A DNA stretch of 64,000 nt from an uncultured Rivularia sp. (GTDB taxonomy: Bacteria > Cyanobacteriota > Cyanobacteriia > Cyanobacteriales > Nostocaceae). Shown here in pieces: positions 19,433 through 29,372 of this stretch; positions within the stretch are counted from its first letter, which is position 1, and every line of letters starts with the position of its first letter. The stretch is from positions 4,864,001 through 4,928,000 of the forward strand of contig OY762007.1 of NCBI GenBank assembly GCA_963665115.1, in the 5' to 3' direction. The translations under genes and the position numbers were made by a program. The notes below the pieces were generated by a model. The model ran no database searches. It had not been told where the DNA came from and worked only from the letters and a program-made list of their open reading frames with translations.

Positions 19433-19601
19433 GTTAGTTAGTTAGTATTTATTTATTCTCCCCCCCTCTTCCCCCTCTCCCCCCTCTTCCCCCTCTTCCC
19501 CCTCTCCCCCCTCTTCCCCCCCTCCGTCCCTTTCTTAATCAATCCTTTACCTAAAAATAAGAAAATCACAATTGGAGATTGCTTTTTACACTTGGGGAGA
19601 A

Positions 19602-20312
19602 ATGTCAGTGGAATCTAATCAAAATATCCGTACATTATCGGTTGATATTGGTGGTAGTGGCGTAAAGGTAATGGTTTTGGATATTAAGGGTAATCCTTTA
19701 ACTAAGAAATTGCGGGTAGAAACACCCCAACCTGCTTCTAAAAAATTAGTGCTTGAAGCGATTTTAGAGTTAGCTGGAATGGCAGGTGAATTTGAACGGG
19801 TTTCGGTTGGATTTCCTGGTGTGGTACGAAATGGAATAACCAATACTGCGGTTAATTTACATCCTGACTGGATAGATTTTGATTTAGCAACAGCTTTATC
19901 TCTATTGCTAAAAAAGCCGGTTAAAGTAGTTAATGATGCGGATATGCAGGGTTTAGCAGCAATTTACGGGCAAGGAGTGGAACTGGTAATTACTTTAGGA
20001 ACGGGATTTGGTTCGGCTTTATTTGTAAATGGTAAATTGGTTCCGAATCTGGAAATGGGACATCACCGCTTTCGTAAAAGTGAGACTTACGAACAACAAT
20101 TAGGGCGTGCTGCTTTAGAAAAAATTGGCGATGAAAAATGGAATAAACGTTTGGGGAAAGCGATAGATTCTTTACAACATTTGTTTAATTATGATTATCT
20201 ATATATTGGTGGAGGTGAAGCAGAAAAAATCAATCTCAATTTATCCGCTAATGTAAAAGTTATTCCTAATGTTTTTGGGTTATTAGGTGGTATTGCATTG
20301 TGGCGGAATTAA
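19602..20312 (+). CDS. ppgK: ROK family polyphosphate glucokinase
   Basis: VDIGGSGVK, VGFPGVV, VVNDADMQG, ITLGTGFGSAL and PNLEMGH motifs. Confidence 0.8.
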   Translation: MSVESNQNIRTLSVDIGGSGVKVMVLDIKGNPLTKKLRVETPQPASKKLVLEAILELAGMAGEFERVSVGFPGVVRNGITNTAVNLHPDWIDFDLATALSLLLKKPVKVVNDADMQGLAAIYGQGVELVITLGTGFGSALFVNGKLVPNLEMGHHRFRKSETYEQQLGRAALEKIGDEKWNKRLGKAIDSLQHLFNYDYLYIGGGEAEKINLNLSANVKVIPNVFGLLGGIALWRN

Positions 20313-20362
20313 AAGAAAGGGTTGGGGGGTTCGGGGGGAACGGGAAACAGTGGGAAGACAAA

Positions 20363-20836
20363 TTAGGTACTAGTAGGTGATGTCGTTGTATCCGTTGTAT
20401 TTTGTATTGATTCCTTTGAGAACAATTTTTGAGAAATCCAGTAGGTGAAAATGTGAGAAAGTAAACCTAAAGGACCTGCAAATAAGCAAAGTGCAAGGGA
20501 ATGAAAAGTCCAAACACTTGTTTTAACACCAGCTAAATATATATAGCGTCCTACAAATAAATCCATCACTAAGAAGTGAATCCATCCAGTTGCAGCAGCA
20601 GTTTCATCACCAAAAAATCGAGCAATATCTGCTAATTGAGGATTTGATAAAGCCTCTGCATTCTCTGGTGTAACGCTGCTAATAAATAAATATAAATATA
20701 GTCCAGCTAAAGGTATAAATGGGATGTACGATTCCATTACTCGTTGTGTAACTTTCCACTTTGGCAGAAAAATCATCAACGCCCAAAAAGGCAAAACAAA
20801 AAGATTCGCAATATTAAATAGTTCGCTGACAGACAT
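20363..20836 (-). CDS. ABA4-like (DUF4281) membrane protein
   Basis: LPFWALMIFLP, GWIHFLVMDLFVGR and GPLGLL motifs. Confidence 0.88.
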   Translation of the reverse strand: MSVSELFNIANLFVLPFWALMIFLPKWKVTQRVMESYIPFIPLAGLYLYLFISSVTPENAEALSNPQLADIARFFGDETAAATGWIHFLVMDLFVGRYIYLAGVKTSVWTFHSLALCLFAGPLGLLSHIFTYWISQKLFSKESIQNTTDTTTSPTST

Positions 20837-21055
20837 AAGATAACTCCACGTTAAGCACCGATCGTAATTAGTATAAATCTATCGCGTACATTTAATTATT
20901 TTCTATCATATTATTGTGGATAAAAAATACTTATTATACTGATTCCGAAAGCAGTTAAAATATTTAATTGCAGCAAAAAATAATTGTAATAGAATACTTT
21001 CTATAATAATATATTTATTACCTCTAACCTTTGACCTAAAACAGGATGGCATCTC

Positions 21056-21784
21056 TTGGCAACTATTAAATGCAAAGATAAAACTTTTTCTAATATACAA
21101 GCAATTTTATTTGATAAAAACGGTACCTTAGAAGACTCAGAGGTGAATTTACGTTACTTTGCTCAAAAAGCAGCCAGAATTATAGATGCACAAATACCGG
21201 GTATCGGCGAACCTTTATTAATGGCATTTGGTGTTAATGGCGATACTTTAGATGCTGCGGGATTAATCGCGGTAGCAAGTCGTCGGGAAACAGAAATCGC
21301 GGCAGCAGCTTATATTGCCGAAACGGGAAGAGGTTGGATTGAGTCTTTGAAAATAGCCAGTAAAAGTTTAGATGAAGCAGATAAATCTCTGAGTGATTCT
21401 TCTTCACCTTTATTTGCAGGTAGTTCAGAAATATTACAAAAGCTTTCGCAAGCAGGTTTAAAGCTGGGTATACTTTCAGCAGCGACAACCCAAGAAGTAA
21501 ATAGGTTTGTACAAGTTCATCAACTGGGTGAATATCTAAATTTAGAAATGGGAGTAGACGGTAATATTTTTAAACCAGATCCAGCTTTGTTTATCCAAGC
21601 TTGCGAAAAATTGGGAGTAGAGCCAAGCGCTACGTTGATGGTGGGAGATTCCGTTGCCGATATGCAAATGGCAGGCGATGCAAAAGCCGCTGGATGTGTT
21701 GGTATTACTTGGATTGGGAAGTCGGATAATGTTCGAGGTGCGGATGTTGTGATTAATAAATTAGATGAAATTCAAGTTTGTTAA
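21056..21784 (+). CDS. HAD family hydrolase
   Basis: FDKNGTL, KPDP and MVGDSVAD motifs. Confidence 0.88.
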   Translation: MATIKCKDKTFSNIQAILFDKNGTLEDSEVNLRYFAQKAARIIDAQIPGIGEPLLMAFGVNGDTLDAAGLIAVASRRETEIAAAAYIAETGRGWIESLKIASKSLDEADKSLSDSSSPLFAGSSEILQKLSQAGLKLGILSAATTQEVNRFVQVHQLGEYLNLEMGVDGNIFKPDPALFIQACEKLGVEPSATLMVGDSVADMQMAGDAKAAGCVGITWIGKSDNVRGADVVINKLDEIQVC

Positions 21785-21851
21785 TCAACAAATAATGTAG
21801 AGACGTTGCATTGCAACGTCTTCGTAAATTGTGATTTTTATCGAGAATTCC

Positions 21852-21950
21852 TCAAAACGAAGACTGCAACCCAAGTGTAAATTGCCAATCCGTTTCTAAT
21901 TGAGGTCCATCTAAGTCGCGCAAAATGGGTAATTCAAATTCCATCGCTTT
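21852..21950 (-). pseudogene. C-terminal remnant of an outer-membrane beta-barrel protein
   Basis: KAMEFELPILRDLDGPQLETDWQFTLGLQSSF*: alternating beta pattern and terminal Phe; upstream sequence is a dispersed repeat. Confidence 0.45.
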
Positions 21951-22066
21951 AAATTTCGCGGGTTGTAGAGACGCGATATATTGCGTCTCTACAGTATTTT
22001 GAGGATAAAGAAACCCGGTATCTTCAAGATACCGGGTTTCTGAATTCAACTATTATTTGTAATTTC

Positions 22067-22588
22067 CTAAGGTTGCACAACTACTGTTGTTCCGACTGAT
22101 GCCCAATTAAATATTTTTTTTGCATGATTGGGCGCTACATTTACACAACCATGACTAACAGGGGTACCAAAATTGTTATGCCAGTATGCACCATGAATTC
22201 CATAACCGCCCTGATAATACATTGTGTGAGGAACATTTTTGACATCGTAATCTTCCCCTTTCATCCGAGTTTTGACCAACTTTGTATAAATATTAAATAC
22301 GCCAGTGGGGGTAGGAGTAGATTTTTTACCAGTGGAAACAATAACCCCAAAAACAGGTTTATTCCCTTGCCAAGTAATTAATCTTTGTTCAGATAAATCT
22401 ACTTGAATCCAACGTTTATTGGAATTTTTAAGTTGCTTAACTTTCTGACTGACTTTGTGCTGAGACTTTTGAGTGTGATGCGCTGTAGCCTTATTCGTAG
22501 GCAGACTTCCAAAACTAGCTGATAGCGCTATTGCCGCTACAAGAACTTTTATATAGCGAATATACTGAGGCAAAATTAACAATTTCAT
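22067..22588 (-). CDS. L,D-transpeptidase (YkuD)
   Basis: [19 protein letters not shown] and [21 protein letters not shown] motifs; signal peptide. Confidence 0.92.
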   Translation of the reverse strand: MKLLILPQYIRYIKVLVAAIALSASFGSLPTNKATAHHTQKSQHKVSQKVKQLKNSNKRWIQVDLSEQRLITWQGNKPVFGVIVSTGKKSTPTPTGVFNIYTKLVKTRMKGEDYDVKNVPHTMYYQGGYGIHGAYWHNNFGTPVSHGCVNVAPNHAKKIFNWASVGTTVVVQP

Positions 22589-22689
22589 AGTAAATATTCT
22601 CAAATGTAAGTGTTTATTGTTTATTCTCTTTTATAGCTGTATTTAACAATTGATTTCTGTCACTAGCTATTAATATCTCTATTTCTATC

Positions 22690-23343
22690 TTAATTCATAT
22701 TTTCAAGTAGCATTTCTGCTCGTCGAGTTATTAAGTCCCATTCTCCAGACATAACTAGATGTTTTGGAAACAACTCGCTGCTCAACCCTATGGCGATCGC
22801 ACCTACTTTGAGAAATTCAGCAGCGTTTTCTATAGTTACACCTCCAGTTGGAATTAAGGGAATTTGTCCCAATGGAGCCTGCAAACTTTTGATGTATTGA
22901 GCGCCACCAACTACCTGTATGGGAAATACTTTGACGCAGCTTGCACCATTCTTCCAAGCTGTAACAATTTCAGTTGGAGTTAGCGCTCCGGGTATAACTG
23001 GTACGTTTTGATTAACAGCCGCTTGAATTATTGCTAAGTCAGTATGGGGAGTAAAAAGGAATTGCGCTCCTGCAAGTACAGCCTGTTGCATTTGTTCTAT
23101 ATTTAACAGCGTACCCGTACCGATAATGCAGTCAGGTAATTCTACACGTAGTTGTTCAATTAACTTGCCAGCTTCGGGAGTATTCCAAGTTATTTCTATC
23201 AAATGCATTCCAGCAGATGCCACTGCTAAAGCCATTTTTCGGGCTAAGTGTTTTTCTTGGGCACGAATAACAGCAATAACACGATGTTTTTCTAAAAGTG
23301 TTAACCAAGCAGAATTAGGAATTGATAATTGGGCATTGGGCAT
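22690..23343 (-). CDS. eda: KDPG/KHG aldolase
   Basis: IAVIRA, IEIT, IGTGT, PGALTPTEI, KVFP and IPTGGV motifs. Confidence 0.92.
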   Translation of the reverse strand: MPNAQLSIPNSAWLTLLEKHRVIAVIRAQEKHLARKMALAVASAGMHLIEITWNTPEAGKLIEQLRVELPDCIIGTGTLLNIEQMQQAVLAGAQFLFTPHTDLAIIQAAVNQNVPVIPGALTPTEIVTAWKNGASCVKVFPIQVVGGAQYIKSLQAPLGQIPLIPTGGVTIENAAEFLKVGAIAIGLSSELFPKHLVMSGEWDLITRRAEMLLENMN

Positions 23344-23651
23344 TGGGAGTTGGGTATTTGGTATTAATAATCAGAAATTGCAAAACTTTGATTTCAAGTC
23401 TTGTTTTATGATATTTAAGCTGTATAAAATCAATTCACCTTACAATCTAAGTTGAATTATTTATTTTTCCATAGAATAATAATCACTTATTTATTAATGC
23501 AAGTTTTCTTCTATCTTCTACTGTAAAGAAGAAATAAACTCAAAATTTCATCTTTTTTTTGATTAATTATGTATATATGTATAGCTAATGTGCTAAAAGC
23601 TAAGTAAATAAACGCAATTGTAACAATTTAGTCATTGAGCCTTTAGTTAAC

Positions 23652-24743
23652 ATGATTCACAAACAATTTTTTCACAAAAGCTTTATAGCTTCGGTTGCAG
23701 CAGCGACAGTTATTGTCTGTGGAAGCCAATTAGATCGCACTTTTGCTCAAACCGCACCTCGATCGACTACAGCATCTTCACAATCAAAACCTGCTTTTAC
23801 TTTGCAGGGACATATATGGACTATCCAAGCTTTAGATTTTAGTCCAGATGGGCAAACTTTAGTCAGCGGTAGTTACGACCACACCGTGAAAGTCTGGAAC
23901 CTGAATAATGGTAAACTCATTCGCACCCTTGATGGACATAAAGATGGGGTAAACGACGTGGCGATCGCTCCCGACGGAAAACTGTTTTTCACTGCTGGTG
24001 GAACGGCAGAACCCAATACCAGTAAGGTAATTAAGGTATGGGATATGAAAACAAAAAAATTACTTCGCACCTTCAAAGGACATACTTTAGGAGTGACTTC
24101 CCTAGCAATAACCCCAGATGGTAAAACTCTTGTTAGCGGTAGCTACGACAAAACAATTAGATTATGGGATGTAGATAAAGGTATAAGAAAACGTACTTTA
24201 ACCGGACATACCAGCCCCGTGCGTTCAATTGCAATTAGCCCAGACGGAAAAACTCTCGCTAGCGGTGGTGGCTCGCTTAAAAGTGATTCCGACAAAACAG
24301 TTAAATTATGGAACCTGCAAACAGGAGAATTAATTAGCAATATTAAGGGAAACGAAAACGTTATTAGCTTTATCGGCTTTACTCCCGACGGAAAATATCT
24401 TGTCAACTCCACAGATCCAAAAATCAACGTTTGGAATTTAAGTACAGGTAAACTAGTGAATCGTTTTGGAGTATCCGACATCGAAGGAGTGACTTCTGCA
24501 ACTTTAGGAAACGATAGTAAAAGTATCGTCACAACCACATTAGATGGTGCCGTAACAATGTGGGATTTAACCACCGGAAAAGCGATCAAAATTTTAGTTG
24601 AAGCCGCCAACAATCCTCAAAACTACGACCAACTTTATCCCACAAGTACCGCATTCAGCCCCGACGGTAAAACCATTGCCATTGGTGAGGGAGGTGGAGC
24701 TTACAATTCAAAATTTTCGATTAGCATTCGACGAATGCCTTAA
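23652..24743 (+). CDS. Secreted WD40 repeat protein
   Basis: Signal peptide plus about seven GH...SPDG...SGSYDxTxKxW repeats. Confidence 0.92.
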   Translation: MIHKQFFHKSFIASVAAATVIVCGSQLDRTFAQTAPRSTTASSQSKPAFTLQGHIWTIQALDFSPDGQTLVSGSYDHTVKVWNLNNGKLIRTLDGHKDGVNDVAIAPDGKLFFTAGGTAEPNTSKVIKVWDMKTKKLLRTFKGHTLGVTSLAITPDGKTLVSGSYDKTIRLWDVDKGIRKRTLTGHTSPVRSIAISPDGKTLASGGGSLKSDSDKTVKLWNLQTGELISNIKGNENVISFIGFTPDGKYLVNSTDPKINVWNLSTGKLVNRFGVSDIEGVTSATLGNDSKSIVTTTLDGAVTMWDLTTGKAIKILVEAANNPQNYDQLYPTSTAFSPDGKTIAIGEGGGAYNSKFSISIRRMP

Positions 24744-24910
24744 ACAGTTAACAGTGAGCAGTGAACAGTTAGGGGATGAGGGAGAGGGGGAGAGGGGGTA
24801 GAGGGGGTAGAGGGGGCTGGTAACTGTTCGCTAATTTCTGCCCATATATGAACAAGTCTACCGGAATGTCCATATAATGATTGGTAGTAATAAAGGTAGT
24901 TACTATAGAC

Positions 24911-25546
24911 ATGAACCAAGAAGACATGACAGTCAGTATTGGAGAAGCGGCTGATAAGTTGGGAGTTTCGGTGAAGACAGTTAGGAGATGGTCTGACGCT
25001 GGTAGACTTAGATGTGAACGAACTCCAAGTGGTCATCGTAGGTATTACACCTCAGACATTATCCGGATGACCACCAAGCCTGCCAAAGAAGAGCGTAAAA
25101 CGCTGGTGTATGGCAGAGTTTCGAGTCATGACCAAAAAGATGATTTAGTGAGACAAACAGAAGTACTTTCCCAGTTTTGTGTAGCCAAAGGCTGGGAGTA
25201 CGAGGTGATTATTGATTTGGGTAGTGGTTTGAATTATAAGAAGAAGGGACTTAAGAAACTCCTTAAACTCATACTGACTAACCAAGTAGAGCGAATTGTA
25301 CTCACGCACAAAGACCGATTGCTTAGATTTGGTTCTGAATTGGTTTTTGCGATGTGCGAAGAATTTCAAACAGAAGTCGTAATCATAAATAAAACCAAAG
25401 AAGACAGCACTTTTGAAGCCGAACTAGTTCGGGACATGATCGAACTCGTAACTGTGTTCTCAGCTAGGTTGTATGGTTCTCGCAGCAGGAAGAACCAGAA
25501 GATAGTAGACAATATGGTCACATCTGTACAAAAAGATTTAGAATAA
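24911..25546 (+). CDS. tnpA: IS607 family transposase (MerR-type HTH + serine recombinase)
   Basis: SIGEAADKLGVSVKTVRRW, RTPSGHRRY, YGRVSSHDQKDDL (catalytic Ser), DLGSGLN, HKDRLLRFG and FSARLYGSRS motifs. Confidence 0.95.
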   Translation: MNQEDMTVSIGEAADKLGVSVKTVRRWSDAGRLRCERTPSGHRRYYTSDIIRMTTKPAKEERKTLVYGRVSSHDQKDDLVRQTEVLSQFCVAKGWEYEVIIDLGSGLNYKKKGLKKLLKLILTNQVERIVLTHKDRLLRFGSELVFAMCEEFQTEVVIINKTKEDSTFEAELVRDMIELVTVFSARLYGSRSRKNQKIVDNMVTSVQKDLE

Positions 25547-25560
25547 ATCCACTTTATGTG

Positions 25561-25589
25561 TTGACAATTGATAGGCATGGGCATATTTT
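25561..25589 (+). promoter_or_regulatory. Sigma70-type promoter upstream of the tnpB-like gene
   Basis: TTGACA-N17-TATTTT in the 75-bp tnpA-tnpB gap. Confidence 0.6.
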
Positions 25590-25621
25590 AAATATAAGGT
25601 CGAACAAAACAGGAATTTCAA

Positions 25622-27142
25622 ATGGGTACAAAAACATTCACGACGGAGTTACCAAAACCTTTAGTTGGTTTCGCCGTCAGATATTCCAAAAAACAAAAAG
25701 AGAATCGTAATAAAGCTTTGGACTTAGTTAGTAGTGATATAGCCAAAACCAAACAAAACCAAGAGCTACAAAAACTTGGTTACAATAAAAGACAGGCGAA
25801 TTCCCTACTAATTGATATTGAAGGTAAAATCGGTTCTGCGTCCGAATGCCGTGAAGCTCATGTCGAGACTCTTGAAGGTAAAATAAAATCTGCTGTAGAA
25901 CAAATAAAAGAGTGGGAGGATAAGCTAGCCAAAATTGAATTGCCTGCTTGCCGAGTTCGCCGTAATCAGTTTAAATCTAGACAACACGAACTGAGATTTA
26001 AAATTCACCACAAACGCCGTTATGTAATAGCTCAACGAAGAAAGGTAGATAAGCTTAAAGAGCAGCCCGTTCACGTAAACCTTGGGACTGAATTTAACTT
26101 TTCGTTAGTTGGTAGCCAAGGTGAATCCAAAGGTAATCAGATATGCCAATATGACCATATAAAGAAGTCTTTAAAGATTCGCGTACCAGTAGAATTTGAA
26201 GCTGAGTTTGGTAAATATGTTTCTGCTAATCTAGAGTTCGCCTACGGACAAGATTGTATAGAAGCGGCTTTAATGCGCCGTTCGGAAAATAGTAAAACTT
26301 TAGAAGTAATTCCCGAAGGTAAAGGAGAAGCGCTTTCTTGGCGAATTTTCTTTAAGAACAATCGCTGGTACATTGCGGTTTCTGTCGAAGTTACAGAAGT
26401 TCCTTTATATTCCAAGCCAGTTAGATACGGCTGTATTGGTGTTGACTTGAATCCCGGTGTTATAGGTTGGTGCTATGCTGACCTTAATGGGAACCCTGTA
26501 GCCAAAGGTCAGATTAAGTTAAACTTACATTCTCGCCGTTCCGGACAAGTTAAAGCAGAACTCTCAGACGCTATTAAGAGTTTAATCCGACTAGCCGAAT
26601 TGTACTGTTGCCCAATAGTTATCGAAAAACTTTCTTTCTCAGCTAAAAAGAAGCGAATGCGAGAAGAAGGTCGTCGATACTCTAGAATGCTTAACTTCTT
26701 TGCTTACTCTGCCTTCGGCGAAGTTATACAATCTCAGGCGAAAAATAAAGGTATCCAAATAATTAAAGTTAATTCTGCTTACTCTTCATTAATCGGATTA
26801 ACCAAGTTTATGTCCTTGTACGGTATGAGTTCTGATACCGCAGCAGGACTAGTATTAGCTCGTAGAGCTATGAGACTTAGTGAGTCTGTACCTACCCATG
26901 TCGCTCTCCCTTCTGTGATGGATGGAACGAGACACGTATGGAGTTCATGGTACAGAATTAATAAGTCGCTCAAGTCGGTACGCCGTCATGAGTACTATAA
27001 CCAACAGGTGTTAACAGCGCACCTCAGCCATTACTCTACAAGCGACAAGCTTGTTGAGGTGGGTAAATCCGATGTGATTCCGGTTGAGGAACCCAGTGAA
27101 AGTCTGGGCTGTAATCCCGAACTAGCCGTTAAGGTCGGGTAG
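25622..27142 (+). CDS. tnpB: TnpB-related RuvC nuclease, zinc-finger-less type
   Basis: RuvC-I IGVDLN (D275), RuvC-II IVIEKL (E335), VNSAYSS..G..KF...G.SSDTAA (D405); directly downstream of IS607 tnpA. Confidence 0.85.
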   Translation: MGTKTFTTELPKPLVGFAVRYSKKQKENRNKALDLVSSDIAKTKQNQELQKLGYNKRQANSLLIDIEGKIGSASECREAHVETLEGKIKSAVEQIKEWEDKLAKIELPACRVRRNQFKSRQHELRFKIHHKRRYVIAQRRKVDKLKEQPVHVNLGTEFNFSLVGSQGESKGNQICQYDHIKKSLKIRVPVEFEAEFGKYVSANLEFAYGQDCIEAALMRRSENSKTLEVIPEGKGEALSWRIFFKNNRWYIAVSVEVTEVPLYSKPVRYGCIGVDLNPGVIGWCYADLNGNPVAKGQIKLNLHSRRSGQVKAELSDAIKSLIRLAELYCCPIVIEKLSFSAKKKRMREEGRRYSRMLNFFAYSAFGEVIQSQAKNKGIQIIKVNSAYSSLIGLTKFMSLYGMSSDTAAGLVLARRAMRLSESVPTHVALPSVMDGTRHVWSSWYRINKSLKSVRRHEYYNQQVLTAHLSHYSTSDKLVEVGKSDVIPVEEPSESLGCNPELAVKVG

Positions 27143-27216
27143 ATGTCCAGATATGTTCATATTTGGGTATATTTGTACACTTTTTATGTAACGGTAGAAA
27201 AAATCAAAATCCTAAC

Positions 27217-27303
27217 AATTACCAATTACCAATTACCAATTACCAATTACCAATTACCAATTACCAATTCCCAATTACCAATTACCAATTACCAATTCCC
27301 AAT
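27217..27303. repeat. STRR heptamer repeat (AATTACC)n
   Basis: About 12 copies with AATTCCC variants. Confidence 0.9.
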
Positions 27304-28256
27304 CACTTCTCATACTTTTCGTATGCAGCAACAATACGCTGTACTAAAGCATGACGCACCACATCTTTTTGAGAAAATTCACAAAAGGCTATGCCTTCTA
27401 CGTTTTTTAAAATTTGAAAGGCTGTTACTAATCCCGATTTTTGCTGTGATGGTAAATCGGATTGCGTCATGTCACCTGTTACTACCATGCGGGAATGAAA
27501 ACCCAAACGAGTTAAAAGCATTTTCATCTGGGCTGGTGTGGTGTTTTGGGCTTCATCCACAATTACAAAGGCATTATTTAAAGTTCTTCCTCGCATATAA
27601 GCTAGTGGCGCAACTTCGATTATGCCTCTTTCGATTAACGACGGTACTTTATCTGGCTCGATAAATTCGTTGATTGCATCGTAAAGCGGGCGCAAATAAG
27701 GGTTAACTTTTTGCTGCAAATCTCCAGGTAAAAAGCCGAGTTTTTCACCTGCTTCGACGGCAGGACGAGTTAAAATTAGTTTCTCGTATTTATTATCAAG
27801 CAATGCTTGAACAGCGACAACAACTGCCAAAAACGTTTTACCAGTTCCCGCAGGACCAATACAAAATGTCAAGTCACGCTTGCGTAGTGCTTCAATATAC
27901 TGTCGCTGGCGAAATGTTTTTGCACGAATTTGTTCGCCGCGACGAGTTTTAGCAAGTACATCTTTTTGTAATGTTTGCAGTTCATCTTCTCGATGAGTAT
28001 CGAGGGCTTGACGTGCTGTCAATATATCCGTGACAGTTAATGTATTGCCCTTCGTCCAAACATCTTCCAATGACTTTACCAATCGACTAACCAAATCGAT
28101 TTGTTTTTCCGTACCGCTAACGTATAATTCTTGTCCGCGCAGTACAACAGTAGCTCCAGTTTGTCGCGCTAAAAGCTTAAGGTTTTCTTCTTGGTTTCCC
28201 GCTAATGCCATAGCACTTGGGATGTCGGGCAGTTCTATTGTTATGGCATCTGCCAT
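27303..28256 (-). CDS. phoH: PhoH family protein
   Basis: GPAGTGKT, RPAVEAGEKLGFLPG, LAYMRGRTL and DEAQN motifs. Confidence 0.95.
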   Translation of the reverse strand: MADAITIELPDIPSAMALAGNQEENLKLLARQTGATVVLRGQELYVSGTEKQIDLVSRLVKSLEDVWTKGNTLTVTDILTARQALDTHREDELQTLQKDVLAKTRRGEQIRAKTFRQRQYIEALRKRDLTFCIGPAGTGKTFLAVVVAVQALLDNKYEKLILTRPAVEAGEKLGFLPGDLQQKVNPYLRPLYDAINEFIEPDKVPSLIERGIIEVAPLAYMRGRTLNNAFVIVDEAQNTTPAQMKMLLTRLGFHSRMVVTGDMTQSDLPSQQKSGLVTAFQILKNVEGIAFCEFSQKDVVRHALVQRIVAAYEKYEK

Positions 28257-28436
28257 AGTATTTATTATTGGTAAGCAGTGATTTTTACAAATTACTCCCT
28301 TTACGGGAGATGAATCTTATTTTCTGACCGATTGGTGAAAATAGCAATATTTCTTAATAATTCACGTTCTTTTCTATTTACTATCAGCCATAGGGCTGAT
28401 AGCGAATAAAACACGAAACAACTTTTATTGTTTCAT

Positions 28437-28874
28437 TCAAATGCGAGTTTGGGGCTTGGTGAAATCTCTACGTCCGTCACCACGTCTTACTTTAGGCTTG
28501 GGCATTGGTAATACTTTATGCCGTTCTTCACTATTAGATGCGGGTGCATCAATTCGATCGTTACTGCCGTAAATATCTAGATATGCCGATTGTTCGGCAG
28601 CTTGAGCGGCCAAAGAAATCACGGTGCGAATAGCTTGGATGTTGCGTCCTCCACGACCAAAAACTTTGCCTTTATCTGCACTGTCAAAGGCAATGCGAAT
28701 CCAAACTCGTTTAGTACTACGAGAAATTTCACAATCAACGCTTAGAGAGTCTGGAGATTCCAAAAACGGCTGCATCAAAAAATTGACTAGACCAACATAA
28801 TCTGGAGTCGTACCGGAATTGGTATCTGTTACTGTATCAGGATGCAGTTGCTGCACGGACTTGTTCAAAAACAT
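28437..28874 (-). CDS. khpA: KH domain RNA-binding protein
   Basis: [19 protein letters not shown]; downstream of rpsP. Confidence 0.85.
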   Translation of the reverse strand: MFLNKSVQQLHPDTVTDTNSGTTPDYVGLVNFLMQPFLESPDSLSVDCEISRSTKRVWIRIAFDSADKGKVFGRGGRNIQAIRTVISLAAQAAEQSAYLDIYGSNDRIDAPASNSEERHKVLPMPKPKVRRGDGRRDFTKPQTRI

Positions 28875-29097
28875 TATTTTTTTCTAAAATGCGACGCACG
28901 GTGTCAGTTGGTTGAGCGCCCTGTTGTAGTCGCTTGACAATACCATCAACGTCTAATTTTACTTCTTTAGTTCTAGGATTATAAAATCCCAATTCTTCGA
29001 GGGGACGACCGTCACGACGAGCAAGATTATTCATGGCGACTATACGGTAACTTGCTTCTCGTTTTTTACCAATTCGCTTAAGGCGCAGTTTAATCAT
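28837..29097 (-). CDS. rpsP: 30S ribosomal protein S16
   Basis: [21 protein letters not shown]...[14 protein letters not shown]...GAQPTDTV. Confidence 0.98.
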   Translation of the reverse strand: MIKLRLKRIGKKREASYRIVAMNNLARRDGRPLEELGFYNPRTKEVKLDVDGIVKRLQQGAQPTDTVRRILEKNNVFEQVRAATAS

Positions 29098-29283
29098 GAT
29101 TAAGAGGTTATTCTCCTACTTCGTAAGGTATTAATTTACAACTAAAGTTCGTAACAAATCCATTTAACATTATGAAAGCATTTCCACCAAAAGGGTAATC
29201 TTTCTCCCCGTGGAAGATAAAAAATTCCCACAAGTAGCAGATGCTAATTTTAGCACTTGCACGGCATGAAGTGCTATTGAATC

Positions 29284-29346
29284 TAAAGGTCAAAGGTCAA
29301 AGGTCAGAGGTTAAAGGTTAAAGGTCAAAGGTTAAAGGTCAAAGGT
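29284..29346. repeat. STRR heptamer repeat (AAAGGT[C/T])n
   Basis: About nine copies. Confidence 0.85.
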
Positions 29347-29372
29347 AACTGCTCACTGTTAACTGGTAACTG

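Larger units (their letters stand above)
24821..27194 (+). mobile_element. IS607-family insertion sequence (tnpA + tnpB-like)
   Basis: Serine recombinase plus RuvC gene; GGTA at both junctions (24819-24822, 27193-27196); subterminal imperfect IR CCCATATATGAACA / TGTTCATATTTGGG. Confidence 0.85.

Noticed and set aside
27143..27664. ORFs, or a CRISPR array, downstream of tnpB
   Set aside because: The ORFs are translations of (AATTACC)n and antisense phoH; the tract is a simple heptamer repeat without spacers
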